Shown one piece after another: positions 35,178-45,800 of a stretch of 64,000 bases of DNA. The notes below the pieces were generated by a model. That model saw nothing but the letters and a program-made list of their open reading frames with translations. It made no database searches and was not told the DNA's origin. How positions within the stretch are numbered: position 1 is the stretch's first letter; every line of letters starts with the position of its first letter. This DNA comes from Cyanophora paradoxa CCMP329 (taxonomy: Eukaryota > Plantae > Glaucophyta): the NCBI GenBank assembly GCA_004431415.1, contig QPMI01000655.1, positions 205,157 to 269,156 of the forward strand. The letters run 5' to 3'. The translations under genes and the position numbers were made by a program.

Positions 35178-35205
35178 TTATAATAGAAAAAACGTTTATT
35201 TTTTC

Positions 35206-35940
35206 TCAAAGCCAAACCCGTCGTTTATACACTGTGGGGGCTACGCCTTTGTCCACCTCTGCCTTTGTAGCACCTGGCTCAATAGTCCCCTTTTGGGTCT
35301 TTGTTTTCATTTCATCAACTGCTTGCTCATCAATTTGGGTCTCTTTCTTGGCAATAAACTGTTTATCTGGAATTCCAGTGATCCCCATTTTGAACACCTC
35401 CTTTCTTAGCATCTCCTTGAGTTTGGATCTCTCTCTCTTCTCAGTTACATATTGCTCCAAGGCACTGGACTTGGCTTCCAGATCTTTAAGCTTGGCAGTC
35501 ATTTCGTCCCATTGAGCCTTGGGAACTCTATGAATATTCTGGGTGGGAGCAGTCTTGTATGTGACTTCACCCGCCATAGACTGGATAACCTTGTCGGATT
35601 CTTTACTGAGACCCTCACCTTTGCGAGTGAGTGATAGATCTTGGAGCCCAAGACCTTTATCATCAGCAGCACCTATAATTCGCCTGGCACCCTCACCCAC
35701 AGCCTTCATTTTAGAAGCTTCAGGGGAGATGTTGAGCTGATCACTGGTGGACGTCTGTGGGGCTTTGTCATCAAAGGATTCCTCATAGGCGGCATTAAGG
35801 GGATCCTCTTGCTGTTGTGAGGGCTTTATCTCATTCATTCCATTGAATTTAAGCGGGTCTGTGTTAATGGAGCCATTGTTACCACCACCTGAATAACCAA
35901 CAGCCCCAGCAGGGATGCCTATTTTCCGTTTGGGGGGCAT
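35206..35940 (-). CDS. Hypothetical protein (244 aa; N-terminal PKRK, coiled coil)
   Basis: Long ORF packed directly downstream of the ATPase. Confidence 0.7.
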   Translation of the reverse strand: MPPKRKIGIPAGAVGYSGGGNNGSINTDPLKFNGMNEIKPSQQQEDPLNAAYEESFDDKAPQTSTSDQLNISPEASKMKAVGEGARRIIGAADDKGLGLQDLSLTRKGEGLSKESDKVIQSMAGEVTYKTAPTQNIHRVPKAQWDEMTAKLKDLEAKSSALEQYVTEKRERSKLKEMLRKEVFKMGITGIPDKQFIAKKETQIDEQAVDEMKTKTQKGTIEPGATKAEVDKGVAPTVYKRRVWL

Positions 35941-35968
35941 TGTGTCTTTATTAAAGTGAGAGATATTT

Positions 35969-36751
35969 TTATAGACCGCGTTTATATCGCATTAACTTAT
36001 TACTATGAACTTGGCTTTTCACTTCTTTGCGCCCCTCTTCTTTCTCTGGTGGTTTAAGCTCATCTTCTTTCTTCTTTGGCTTCCTGTGGAACCGTGGAAA
36101 TGGGAAATCTTTGACCAAATCCGCTTTATCTACGAAATATTTCACAGAATAATCGGCGGATGACCAAATTAGAAACTGATAGGAATGAACGTACTCTTCA
36201 AACATTTTATAGAAAACATCTTTGTCCCGCATTATATTATATTCTTCCTCAATGGCTTCAAGCTCCTTTCTATTGGCAGCGCTTAGGAACATAGCATAAT
36301 CTGAGTTGACGCGAATGGTCGATGAGACTTTCCTTAGCTTTTGTGTGATACAGATAATAGATATTTTCAAATGTCTGCCCATAGAGTACAATTTGTTGAT
36401 TATTTTATCGCGAGTGAGATCGACCAAGTCATTATCAATTAGATCGTCCAGTACAACTAAGAGTTGATTAATCGGCTCTCCTTTTTCTATTTTCTGTTGT
36501 CGATCTTCCAGAACCTTTTCAATGTAAGGAGCATCCCATTTGCCAAGCTGAACACTTGCTACATTGTTCCAAAAGTTGTTAAAAGCCGTTCCACTGATTA
36601 CAAGGACGACATCAATCTTTTTGGCATCATGAAGCTGCTTGAGCCAGTACTTGACAGCCTCTGATTTACCAGTAGCAGATTTGCCAATTGCCAAAACGCG
36701 GAAAGGGGGGTTTATCATCTCACCAGCATTAAATTCGTCCAAGTCGCCCAT
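35969..36751 (-). CDS. A32-like (FtsK/HerA) genome packaging ATPase
   Basis: Walker A GKSATGKS, Walker B LLVVLDD, GRHLKISIICITQ, IRVNSDY. Confidence 0.93.
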   Translation of the reverse strand: MGDLDEFNAGEMINPPFRVLAIGKSATGKSEAVKYWLKQLHDAKKIDVVLVISGTAFNNFWNNVASVQLGKWDAPYIEKVLEDRQQKIEKGEPINQLLVVLDDLIDNDLVDLTRDKIINKLYSMGRHLKISIICITQKLRKVSSTIRVNSDYAMFLSAANRKELEAIEEEYNIMRDKDVFYKMFEEYVHSYQFLIWSSADYSVKYFVDKADLVKDFPFPRFHRKPKKKEDELKPPEKEEGRKEVKSQVHSNKLMRYKRGL

Positions 36752-36811
36752 GCTTCCTTCTATAAAGAACCAGATAAAAATAATACGATGTGACTGAATA
36801 TGGTTTATAGA

Positions 36812-37759
36812 TCAAAGACTTGATAAGAATCGATTGATACACCCCTCTATGTCAGTTTCAGTGTATGGGATTCGCAAAAGTTTAATATTGTTGGCTTCAC
36901 AGTAGCGATTTTTTATAGCATCACGCAGTTTTGTATCTTCAAATGCTTGTTGACCTCCAAATTGTTCTATAGGTTTGAAATGCTGAATGCCATCGTATTC
37001 AATCGCAATTTTCAATGATGGTATGAAGAAATCAAATCGAAGCTCCTTAACGTTTCGGCAGCCTTTAAACTTCGCTTGTTTCTTGAACTCAATACCTATC
37101 AGGTCTAACACAGTTTCAATTTTGCTCTCACCTTTTGACATTTTACAGTTTGGACAACCACATCCTCGAAGATGCGAATCAGCCTGCTGCTCAAAATCCT
37201 TTCCACATGCCTTACAACCAAGCAATACTTTACCAAATTTGTTTGTGTAAATCACTTTAGAATAATCATATTTGTTTCCATGTACAGCTTGACTGTCTTG
37301 AACGAATTTTGAGTGAGTTCTTTTCCTTACTTCACCACGTTTTTTATAAGAACATTTTTCACAACCTCGACCTTTCACATGGGAGTCAGGTATTTGGGAA
37401 AAGAACGTACCACAAGTATTACATTTGATCTCAACTTTTGTTCGAGCGTTTACATATTTCACACCCGTGTAATCATATTTGTCCCCATGTTTCGCTTTTG
37501 CTTCTTCAATGAATACATCGACTTTCTTTTGGAAACGAGCTTGATAGAAAATCCTCTTACAGTTTTTACATCCTCCATGACTCTTGGGATTTAGATGATT
37601 TCCACAAATGACCTCAAAGTATTCGTTACAGAACTTACATAGCAGTGTGATGTTTGATTTGTAACCATTATACTTGGCACAATCATAACCGAATTTATCA
37701 CCATGGATGCTTACACTTTTTTCAATAAACTTTTCAATAGAATTCAGTTTTAGCGGCAT
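36812..37759 (-). CDS. Homing-endonuclease-like protein: 3 Zn-ribbon repeats + Vsr/DUF559-type nuclease
   Basis: HGDK(F/Y)xY..CxxC..H...GCxxC repeated three times; SKGESKI..LRFDFFIP..IAIEYDGIQHF..RDAIKNRYC..LLRIPY. Confidence 0.85.
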   Translation of the reverse strand: MPLKLNSIEKFIEKSVSIHGDKFGYDCAKYNGYKSNITLLCKFCNEYFEVICGNHLNPKSHGGCKNCKRIFYQARFQKKVDVFIEEAKAKHGDKYDYTGVKYVNARTKVEIKCNTCGTFFSQIPDSHVKGRGCEKCSYKKRGEVRKRTHSKFVQDSQAVHGNKYDYSKVIYTNKFGKVLLGCKACGKDFEQQADSHLRGCGCPNCKMSKGESKIETVLDLIGIEFKKQAKFKGCRNVKELRFDFFIPSLKIAIEYDGIQHFKPIEQFGGQQAFEDTKLRDAIKNRYCEANNIKLLRIPYTETDIEGCINRFLSSL

Positions 37760-37865
37760 TGGTTACGACTTTCTTACAATCTATGTATAGCAAACCTTTA
37801 AGTAGTTTTCCATTAGCAAAAAGTACTCATTTTGTCTGTGAAATCCCTTACGAGAAATGGTTAGA

Positions 37866-39236
37866 CTACAGATTAATTTTTCGGAGCCCGTCCTTGTCCA
37901 AAATGAGGAACGTGTGCATGAGAGCGCGAACATTGACATCAATTGCCTTGTCAGTGGGCATGTAGAGAGTGAGGAATGAAGATGAAGAATTGGTCAGGTC
38001 AACATAGCCAGACTGGGCAATATTGCGAATCGCCTTCTCACCGTCAAGACAGAAACTCATACCCGAAAGAACATAGCGATCAGCAACCTTATCCATATTA
38101 GAGCATTTGAAGACATCAGCAATCAGCTCAGCACCCTTGAGCAGTGGAATAGGCTCAGTGGCATAGAGACGTTGACCATTAATTTCCACAGTGAAAGTAA
38201 TATCTTTGGAGTTGGAGTAGGTCTTGAGAACACTGTGGGAACCATTAGCTTTGTCAACAGTAGCGTTATCACGAACTGAAACAAGCAGAGCATAAACGAG
38301 ACCTGAGATTTGGGAGAGGTTAACTCGATTGGGTTGGGCACCACCCTTGGCTTTCATATCACTGACATCCACAAATCCAATATCCAGAGCAGGGATAGCC
38401 ATGCCAGTTGTCTTTACCTTCTCAATAACAGTAGCGAAAAGCTCATCAGACACATTAACAGCATACATATAAAGGCGAGGAGAAGTAATTTTAATTTCAA
38501 CGTTTGGCGCACCAAGATTGAAAGTGGTGATGTTTTGGCCAACATGTGCCAGCACAGATTCAGCAGGTGCGACGCCAAGCCCATCGTCCTTGTCCCCATC
38601 AATGGCTGTGTCCCCAGCCTTAGGAAGAGTACGACCACCATAAGAAGTCTCAACATAACCCTTCCCTACATCCTTGAACCAAACAGTTACTACCATTTCA
38701 CCAGACAGAGCACCAAGAGGTAGGTAGTGGTTTAGCCAAGGCACAGGAATTTCAACAAAGAATGAGCCACCAAGTCGGTTGGTTCCATGGGCGGGGATGC
38801 CGTGAAGCATGCCCATTGACCGCTTCTTTTTGGCAAGCTGATCCTCACTATAATAGACAAGAGGGAAATGAGCAAGGAAATCAGAAGGGATATGGTAGGT
38901 GTATGACCCATAGGTAATTTCAAGTCGCTGAACCAAAGCACCAACTGGGCGAGTATACCCATTTCGAACAAGATCAGCATCACCAAAAGTGATAGCTGGA
39001 AGGTCGAAGGCAAGTTCAAGTTTGCCACAGAAATTGTAGCGAGGGAGTTTGAATGAAATGCGATTTCCAACACTATTTTCAAAAGTATTGCTCGGGTTCA
39101 CAACAACAAGAACGGGCTTAGACTTGGATTCAAGACCAAGCATTAGGGAGTTATCCAGAAAGAAGGCCTTGGCCTCCTCTGGGGTTGTTAGGGCTTCTTT
39201 CAACGAAAGGCGCTGGAGGGTCGACGTAATATCCAT
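37866..39236 (-). CDS. Major capsid protein (double jelly-roll, PLV-type), 456 aa
   Basis: Size, position between ATPase and penton, and DJR-like strands ISFKLPR..KLELAFDLP, LVQRLEITYG, FFVEIPVPW..YLPLGAL..VTVWFK. Confidence 0.78.
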   Translation of the reverse strand: MDITSTLQRLSLKEALTTPEEAKAFFLDNSLMLGLESKSKPVLVVVNPSNTFENSVGNRISFKLPRYNFCGKLELAFDLPAITFGDADLVRNGYTRPVGALVQRLEITYGSYTYHIPSDFLAHFPLVYYSEDQLAKKKRSMGMLHGIPAHGTNRLGGSFFVEIPVPWLNHYLPLGALSGEMVVTVWFKDVGKGYVETSYGGRTLPKAGDTAIDGDKDDGLGVAPAESVLAHVGQNITTFNLGAPNVEIKITSPRLYMYAVNVSDELFATVIEKVKTTGMAIPALDIGFVDVSDMKAKGGAQPNRVNLSQISGLVYALLVSVRDNATVDKANGSHSVLKTYSNSKDITFTVEINGQRLYATEPIPLLKGAELIADVFKCSNMDKVADRYVLSGMSFCLDGEKAIRNIAQSGYVDLTNSSSSFLTLYMPTDKAIDVNVRALMHTFLILDKDGLRKINL

Positions 39237-39290
39237 GATTTTCTCTTTTATTATACTGTAACATAAAAAAATTACGAATGAACCTAGTGT

Positions 39291-40321
39291 TTACCCAAAA
39301 CTCGCAATGATTGGATATGTTGGATGACTTTGTGACATCCGCATCTTAAAGTATTCATAGACAGGGTCGCCTGCTGGCTCCTCCCCATATCGAATTTCAA
39401 ATGTGAGGTGGACAGGTTGACCCTCAAAATCGATTGGTTCGTTTATAGCATTTACTATATCCACAGAGAATGTAGACAAACCCATTTTTTTGTTATAGTA
39501 CTTGTAAAGTGGGTGAGATTCTGTTGAATTGTAAACCACATGCTCACCATAGTCCTTGTCAGGAACCACGATTTTGTGGAAGTAACCAGTCAGGAGACCA
39601 TCCCCACACTGAACCAGATCACCCAACTCTTTTACTCTGACAAATAAAACACTGTCCCTTGTCTTTTCAGGCTCAAACGAAGATATAATACCATTCACCC
39701 GTTCACCAGTAAAGATGCCATCAGTAAGAGCATTATAAACCTGTGATTGGATTGGGGAATTTCCATATCTTCCGGGATCAAGACCAAGCAATCGGGCAGC
39801 GCTCAGCAACTTTTGGATCGTTTTCTGGTTTGGATTTCCAGCGTTAGAGAAGGCTAAATAGAAAGGTTTCTCTGAGTGGAATATAATTCGTTTTAGTGAC
39901 TCATCCCATTTACAGCGAATAGATGGTTCCGGCTCTCTATCATCGAATTTCGCATTAATTACATTTACCAATTGCTGGTGGCTTTGAATGGGTTTTTTGC
40001 GACTTATGATTAATTGCTTCCAAGGTTCAAAGCCGGCCGCTGGTCGAGTAGTTGGAATGCCATCAATGCCAGCACCATCGAATTCTTCACTCCAAAAAAT
40101 GCTGAATGAATTATCAATTGTAATATCCCTGGTTGCGTTTCACCACTCACCATAGGGATACTATTATAAAATTCGGCCGAGACCAGCCTGACAGCCCTCA
40201 CATTCTCATATATGTTTGGAAGTCGAGCTACAAAGCTTGAAGTAGGACCGTCACCAGAGATTGTATTAAAAGAACTCACCTCAATGTAATCCACGGGCAT
40301 TCTCCTTTTATCTATATTCAT
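39291..40321 (-). CDS. Minor capsid (penton)-like protein 1; one 1-nt frameshift between ORFs 40010-40321 and 39291-39971
   Basis: N-terminal IEVSS..SSFVARLPNIYENVRAVRLVSAEFYNS and C-terminal LFVRVKEL..FSVDIVN..PIDFEGQPVHLTFEI, typical of the PLV/NCLDV single jelly-roll mCP. Confidence 0.75.
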
Positions 40322-40329
40322 ATATTAAA

Positions 40330-41265
40330 ATGAACCGGCTTGTCAATGTTGATAGCAGGGATCGCAGCCAAGGTGAAACCGAAAACTCTTACAGGGTTGC
40401 CCTCACAACACCAGTAGAGAGACCTCGAGAGTGTAGGGTTATTTACGCAGAAATTCCAAACAGCATTTACAATAGTGTGGGAACAGATCATTTAATAGTG
40501 GAATTCACCTATCAGGATAGTTCTGTCACTGAAACAGTAACTTACAACATCTCCCCCCTGCCAACCGGTTATATCAATCAGGGACATTTTGGGGTCACCC
40601 AACCATACAACTATGGATTGAACTATGTGTTCTATGAGGAAACTATAGCAGGAAAAACAGTTGCTTTCGAATTCAAATTATTTTACAATCCAACCACTTA
40701 TAAAGTGGAGTTCTACAGTAACAGATTTTTCCGTATAAGAGCAAGCAATAAGCGTATTGGTAAGCTTCTGGGGTTAAGCTCAACTGAGTTCCAGTCTTCA
40801 TTTATGGATGACAATTCGCCCTCTCAATCTCCATATCGCCCTGAGAATTTTCTAAAGTATGATGGCAAACCTATCACACTCAATCACCCCTTGTGGGGAA
40901 CTACCTTTTCGGGATCCAGACTTTCATCCACACCTCTTAGATATGTTTATTACAGCAATAAGATGGCAGACATGAACGCTGAGCAGTACCTTTATTTACA
41001 TGTCAAAGAACTTGCTCCCTTTGCCAGCAGACATAATATAGTCCCAAAATCACAGCCACAAAACCAAGGCGCCATACTGAGACTCCAATTAAGCAAGGAT
41101 ATAGGAGGCTATGTTTACTATAATGGTGAGCATGGGGAATTTATTCGAATTAACGACCGACATCTGGTGGTAAGGGAATTAACAGTTGAGTTTAGAGACT
41201 ACTTTGGGGAAATCATTGACATGAACGGAATTGACAATTCTTTTCAGCTCGAGTTTATCGAATAA
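40330..41265 (+). CDS. Minor capsid (penton)-like protein 2
   Basis: VNVDSRDR..NSYRVAL..YAEIPNSIYN; YLYLHVKEL; ELTVEFRDYFGEIIDMNGIDNSFQLEF. Confidence 0.8.
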   Translation: MNRLVNVDSRDRSQGETENSYRVALTTPVERPRECRVIYAEIPNSIYNSVGTDHLIVEFTYQDSSVTETVTYNISPLPTGYINQGHFGVTQPYNYGLNYVFYEETIAGKTVAFEFKLFYNPTTYKVEFYSNRFFRIRASNKRIGKLLGLSSTEFQSSFMDDNSPSQSPYRPENFLKYDGKPITLNHPLWGTTFSGSRLSSTPLRYVYYSNKMADMNAEQYLYLHVKELAPFASRHNIVPKSQPQNQGAILRLQLSKDIGGYVYYNGEHGEFIRINDRHLVVRELTVEFRDYFGEIIDMNGIDNSFQLEFIE

Positions 41266-42810
41266 ACGCACCTGTAAAATCGACTCTCATTGTGGGAGCA
41301 TTCACATAGACAAGGGGATAAATGCGAACATACTTGATTCTCAAAGAGAACCCTACGTAGAAAGCATCCTTGATGGTGAGAGGGTAACCATTTAATAAAG
41401 CTATATCGCCGGAATTATTAGCATTGTTTATATTCTCACAAACAAATGTTTTGTTCTGCCCTTCTGCTCGAATAAAAGACCAGTTGACCCCATTAGTTGA
41501 TGTAGCCACACTGAAAGTCTTTATAAAAGCATTGGTGTCCCTGACCCATAGGCAACCACTGAAGAGAGTTCAAAAGTGTATGGGAAAGCAACTTGAAGGT
41601 ACTCAGTGGGGGTCTCCCATATCTGCTCTGGAGCAAATGCCCCAGCTTCCCAGCCAAATGATGAAGGTCGAGCCATGTGGGGCTCTTTACCTATCACAGA
41701 GGAGGAGGCAGTAAAGGCATCATCAGCAAGTTTGTACCAATTAGCATCCAAAGGTGGTGACAGGGTGAGAGTGGAAGAGATGTATGCTTTTGATGGGTTC
41801 TTTAATTCATAGTTTGCTACCAGCAAATCGCAAAGCTTATTAATCATGCTGTTGTTTGCTGCTATGTATGTCTCGGTGAACGAAAGCATGTCAGGGATTT
41901 TAGAGGTATCATCAAGGGACCTGACTATGTGATTTGGAAGAGGAACAGATAGCCTATAGTACCTTCCATAATCCTGATCGTAGTTATAAGGTAGCAACTC
42001 CTCCATCTTGTCAAGAGCCGACAGCTCACTTGCTGCCATGAGCATGTTAATCAATGGGCTTCCATCTGTTGAGGCAATCCATGAGAGAATGCCCCAACTG
42101 TTCACAGTCTCATAAGCATAGCCGAAATAATCAGACTCTAAATATGGGTCTACCTCACCACAAGAGATGCTTATAACTATAATGTCATCATCATCACTGT
42201 AAATCTTCCTCGCATGGCTATAGCCACACACGCTGGGGTTATTGTTTCCTGAGATAGCACCATCAATAAGGCAAGCAGTTATCCCATGATTGAAGTCAAC
42301 TATACTCACAGGTGAAAAGTAGGTGGGAGCAGCAGAGGTAGCCCTTGCTGCTATTTTACAGGGCAGAAAGTTGTAGTTGTTATCGTTTGTGATGAATATA
42401 GGTTTCATGTACTGAGTATCAAACGAAGTAATAACAATGTCCTTCAAGGAATCTTGAATGAGGGATTCGCCAGTAACAGAATTGATTGCGCTTTCTAAAG
42501 GAGCCACATCATACTTGGTGTTAAAAAGGGCATTTTCGATTATATTTCGAGGATTTGCGAAAATCAAGGGCAGCTGAGTGAGGTATATATTATGTAAATC
42601 ATTGGCTGTGAGTTTGGGTTCGCCTGCCCTATCTGGATGCCTAATGTTCAACCCAATGGCAATGATCCCACCTGTGGAAGTTCCACTAACAAGATCCACA
42701 AGATCTATTATACGCCTGCCAGTTCGATTTTCGATTTCTTTAAGCAGTCTGGTAATGATAATGCCCCTTGCTCCGCCTCCTGACAATGCTAAAACGACCT
42801 TGAGAGGCAT
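41255..42810 (-). CDS. Patatin-like phospholipase fused to a C-terminal F5/8 type C (discoidin) domain; one 1-nt indel near 41540
   Basis: GGGARG, GTSTG, ATSAAPTYF, IDGA. Adding one G gives YLQVAF..YGSGDTNAFIKTFSVATSTNGVNW..KYVRIYP..MRVDF (discoidin pattern). Confidence 0.85.
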
Positions 42811-42853
42811 CTAATACTTATAAGGAATTTTATAAATCCATATAGTAAAAGCC

Positions 42854-45800
42854 ATGAGCTTTAATTACCCCCCTAATCTGGAAACAATTCAAGATGATAA
42901 TTCCAGCAGCACAAAGCATGTGAACTTTGATAATATAAAAGTTAAAGGTTCAATATCAATCGACCACAGCTCTGACGGTTCTTCAAAGACTCAATCAAGG
43001 GAGCATGCCCTTTCCTTAAATCAGACCGATCCAGACAAGGAGGATGTCAGTATAGCTTTTAGTTTGGGCAATGTGAAAGCCAACCAAGTAGCAGAGATCA
43101 AGGCAACCAGAAAGAGACCCAGAAAACTTAAACCAAGTGGAACCCATCCAGACATACCATCAAGGTGTGATAGTGGCCGTTTGATTTTCAATGTACAAGA
43201 TGAGCAGGGCAAACAGAACACGGGTTTAAGAATTTATAATGAGGGCAGCACCACAAAAACAGAGGTTCCCCAAGTATTACAAGTGGGCCATTTCCAGAAC
43301 ACGAATCAAGTCTGTTCAACTAATGATGTATACCCCAAGGATATTACATATGACTTTGCGAGGAATGAGCCGTTTGGGTTTTTTACTCCAAATGATGTCC
43401 ACCAGAAAAAGCCATCAATTACCATCAACAGCAGCCCCACTCAACCAGTGGCAATCCATTTACACCCTGATCTTGTCGAAATGGATAGGCACCTTTTACC
43501 ATTGGTCACAAACACCAAAGACCTTGGAATCAGGACGAGGCAGTGGCGAAATATCCATGGAAGCAATGTGTATGCCAATGGTGAAAAGCTTGTCAGTGAG
43601 AAAACTTTAAGGGAAATCTTTGAGCATTACGGTCCTGTTCCTGTCCCCTTTCCGCTTCCGTGGGATCCACCTGACCTTACACCAAAGAAGCAACCAGGGA
43701 GGGAATACACAGCAGAGGAAAATGTAGCCTTTGGGCAGCACATAGTTAGCTGGGAAAAAGTCAGAAACAAACCAGTATTTACAGATTACAAACAACCAGC
43801 TGAGGAGCTTTTATCACCAGATGTAAATGTAATACCTCTTGAAGATAGGAGATTTGAAGACGATAATGTCTTACCAGATGGCTTTGACCCAAATCTTGTG
43901 ACTTATGATCGCTACGAGCCTTTTCATGAGCAGCTTTTACCTGATGGTTTTGCGCCTGATCTGTTCGATTTTATCATTAATTGGGAAGATATTCGAAACA
44001 AACCTGAAACATATCCACCAGATCCCCATGGTCATGATTGGGACGAAATCGAAAATAAACCTGATAGATTTCCACCAGAAGATCACAGACATGATTGGGA
44101 AGAGATTGATAATAAACCTGACAGATTTCCACCAGAGGATCACAGACATGATTGGGGTGACATTGACGGAATACCAGAACAGTTCCCACCAGAAGATCAT
44201 AGGCATAATTGGGACGAAATAGATGAACAACCCACATTCGCATCAGCAGGCAATATGTTGACAGACTTTCCACTTGGTGTAAGTCTCTATCAAAATATTG
44301 AGATTGAAGAAAGATTACAATTAAATGACTACTATGTGAATCGTAGGGGATTAGATGCTGGAACCACAATGGAAGGCGAATTGTATATCAGACCCCCAAC
44401 AAGAGTTAATTTAGTGGCAGCTGGTGGAGGTGTTGAAATAAAAGACACCAAACCCGGTATCTATCTAACAAGTTACTACCCAGATGACATCCCAATGACA
44501 GCAACATTTCCACCTATACCATCTCTTCCAGCTGATCCAATTAATTTTGTAGACAAAGATGCCACCCTTCAAATTAACGTAACTGATGTTAGCGCTTTTG
44601 ATGGATCAAGACCAAAGTTAATATTTAGTCGAGAACGTCTCTTACCTGATGATTTAATTGGAGATCGAGATGATTATAAACAGTGTGAGGTAGCTTGGAT
44701 TAAAACAAATTATAATGGTGGAGTGGGGGAGGGTGTCTTAGAGATCAATCAAAGGGCATCAGCCAAAAACATACACAACGAAACTATATCGAGAATTGTC
44801 ACAGAGGATTATTTAGAAAATAAGAACTACATAGATGGAACAGAACTCTCAACTATACTCAATGATTATGTAACAGAAACTGAATATGCCACAACACTGG
44901 CAGCAGCATTAATACCCTATGTTACAGAGACTGAGCTTGATGCTGAACTCGCTAAATATTTACCACTGACAGGTGGCACCATTACAGGTGATCTTACAGT
45001 CAATAGAGAATTGGAGGTAAAGGATAAGATTGTTATAGGGAACAATGAGATTTCAAGAGCACCTTTAAACTTCTTAAATTTCGATGTTGGGGGTTTGTCT
45101 CATTGCCTTCTAAGATTTAATGCGAGTTTGGATGATGCTTGGGAAAATAATGTACTGGTCTATGAGCTTGTTAATAAAGCAAATGCTAATGTTATTCAAA
45201 AACTGATACAGTCAGGAAGTGTAGTATTCAAGAGTTCAGGAGGTCCTAATAACAAACCCTTCTATGATGTAGCAGACACAAATAGCTTCTCTACTTTCCG
45301 TTATTCCTTCACTTCTACAAATTCAGCAGGCTATGAAACCATCGATTTCAGTGGAGGGATAACTGTCGCATTTGTGATTAAGTTAAGAAGCGCTGAACCG
45401 CTTGAACCTATTTTACAGTTTGATGGGTCTTCTACACTTGGTAGTAATGGGCAAATTTGGAGTATTTCCAAAGGTCAATGGGGTGATGGTTTCGTTTTGA
45501 ACATCAGCAAATTAGACCAATCTACTTTCAGGGTTCCACTCACAATTGACGAAGTAGATTCTTGGACAATCTATGACATCACAATCACAAGCACATTCGT
45601 AAAAGTGGGTGTTAATGCGAAAGAGAGACAGACCTTTTCGATTACAAATGGTTCTCATCTGCCCCGAAATGATGTAAAGTATGTATATTTGGGAAGTCAA
45701 TACTCAAAATTTGACCTGTGCGAATTCTATTGTTTCACAAGAGCCTTAACAGCTGCTGAGCTATATAATTTACGATGGTATCTTCATCAATTCTACGGAT

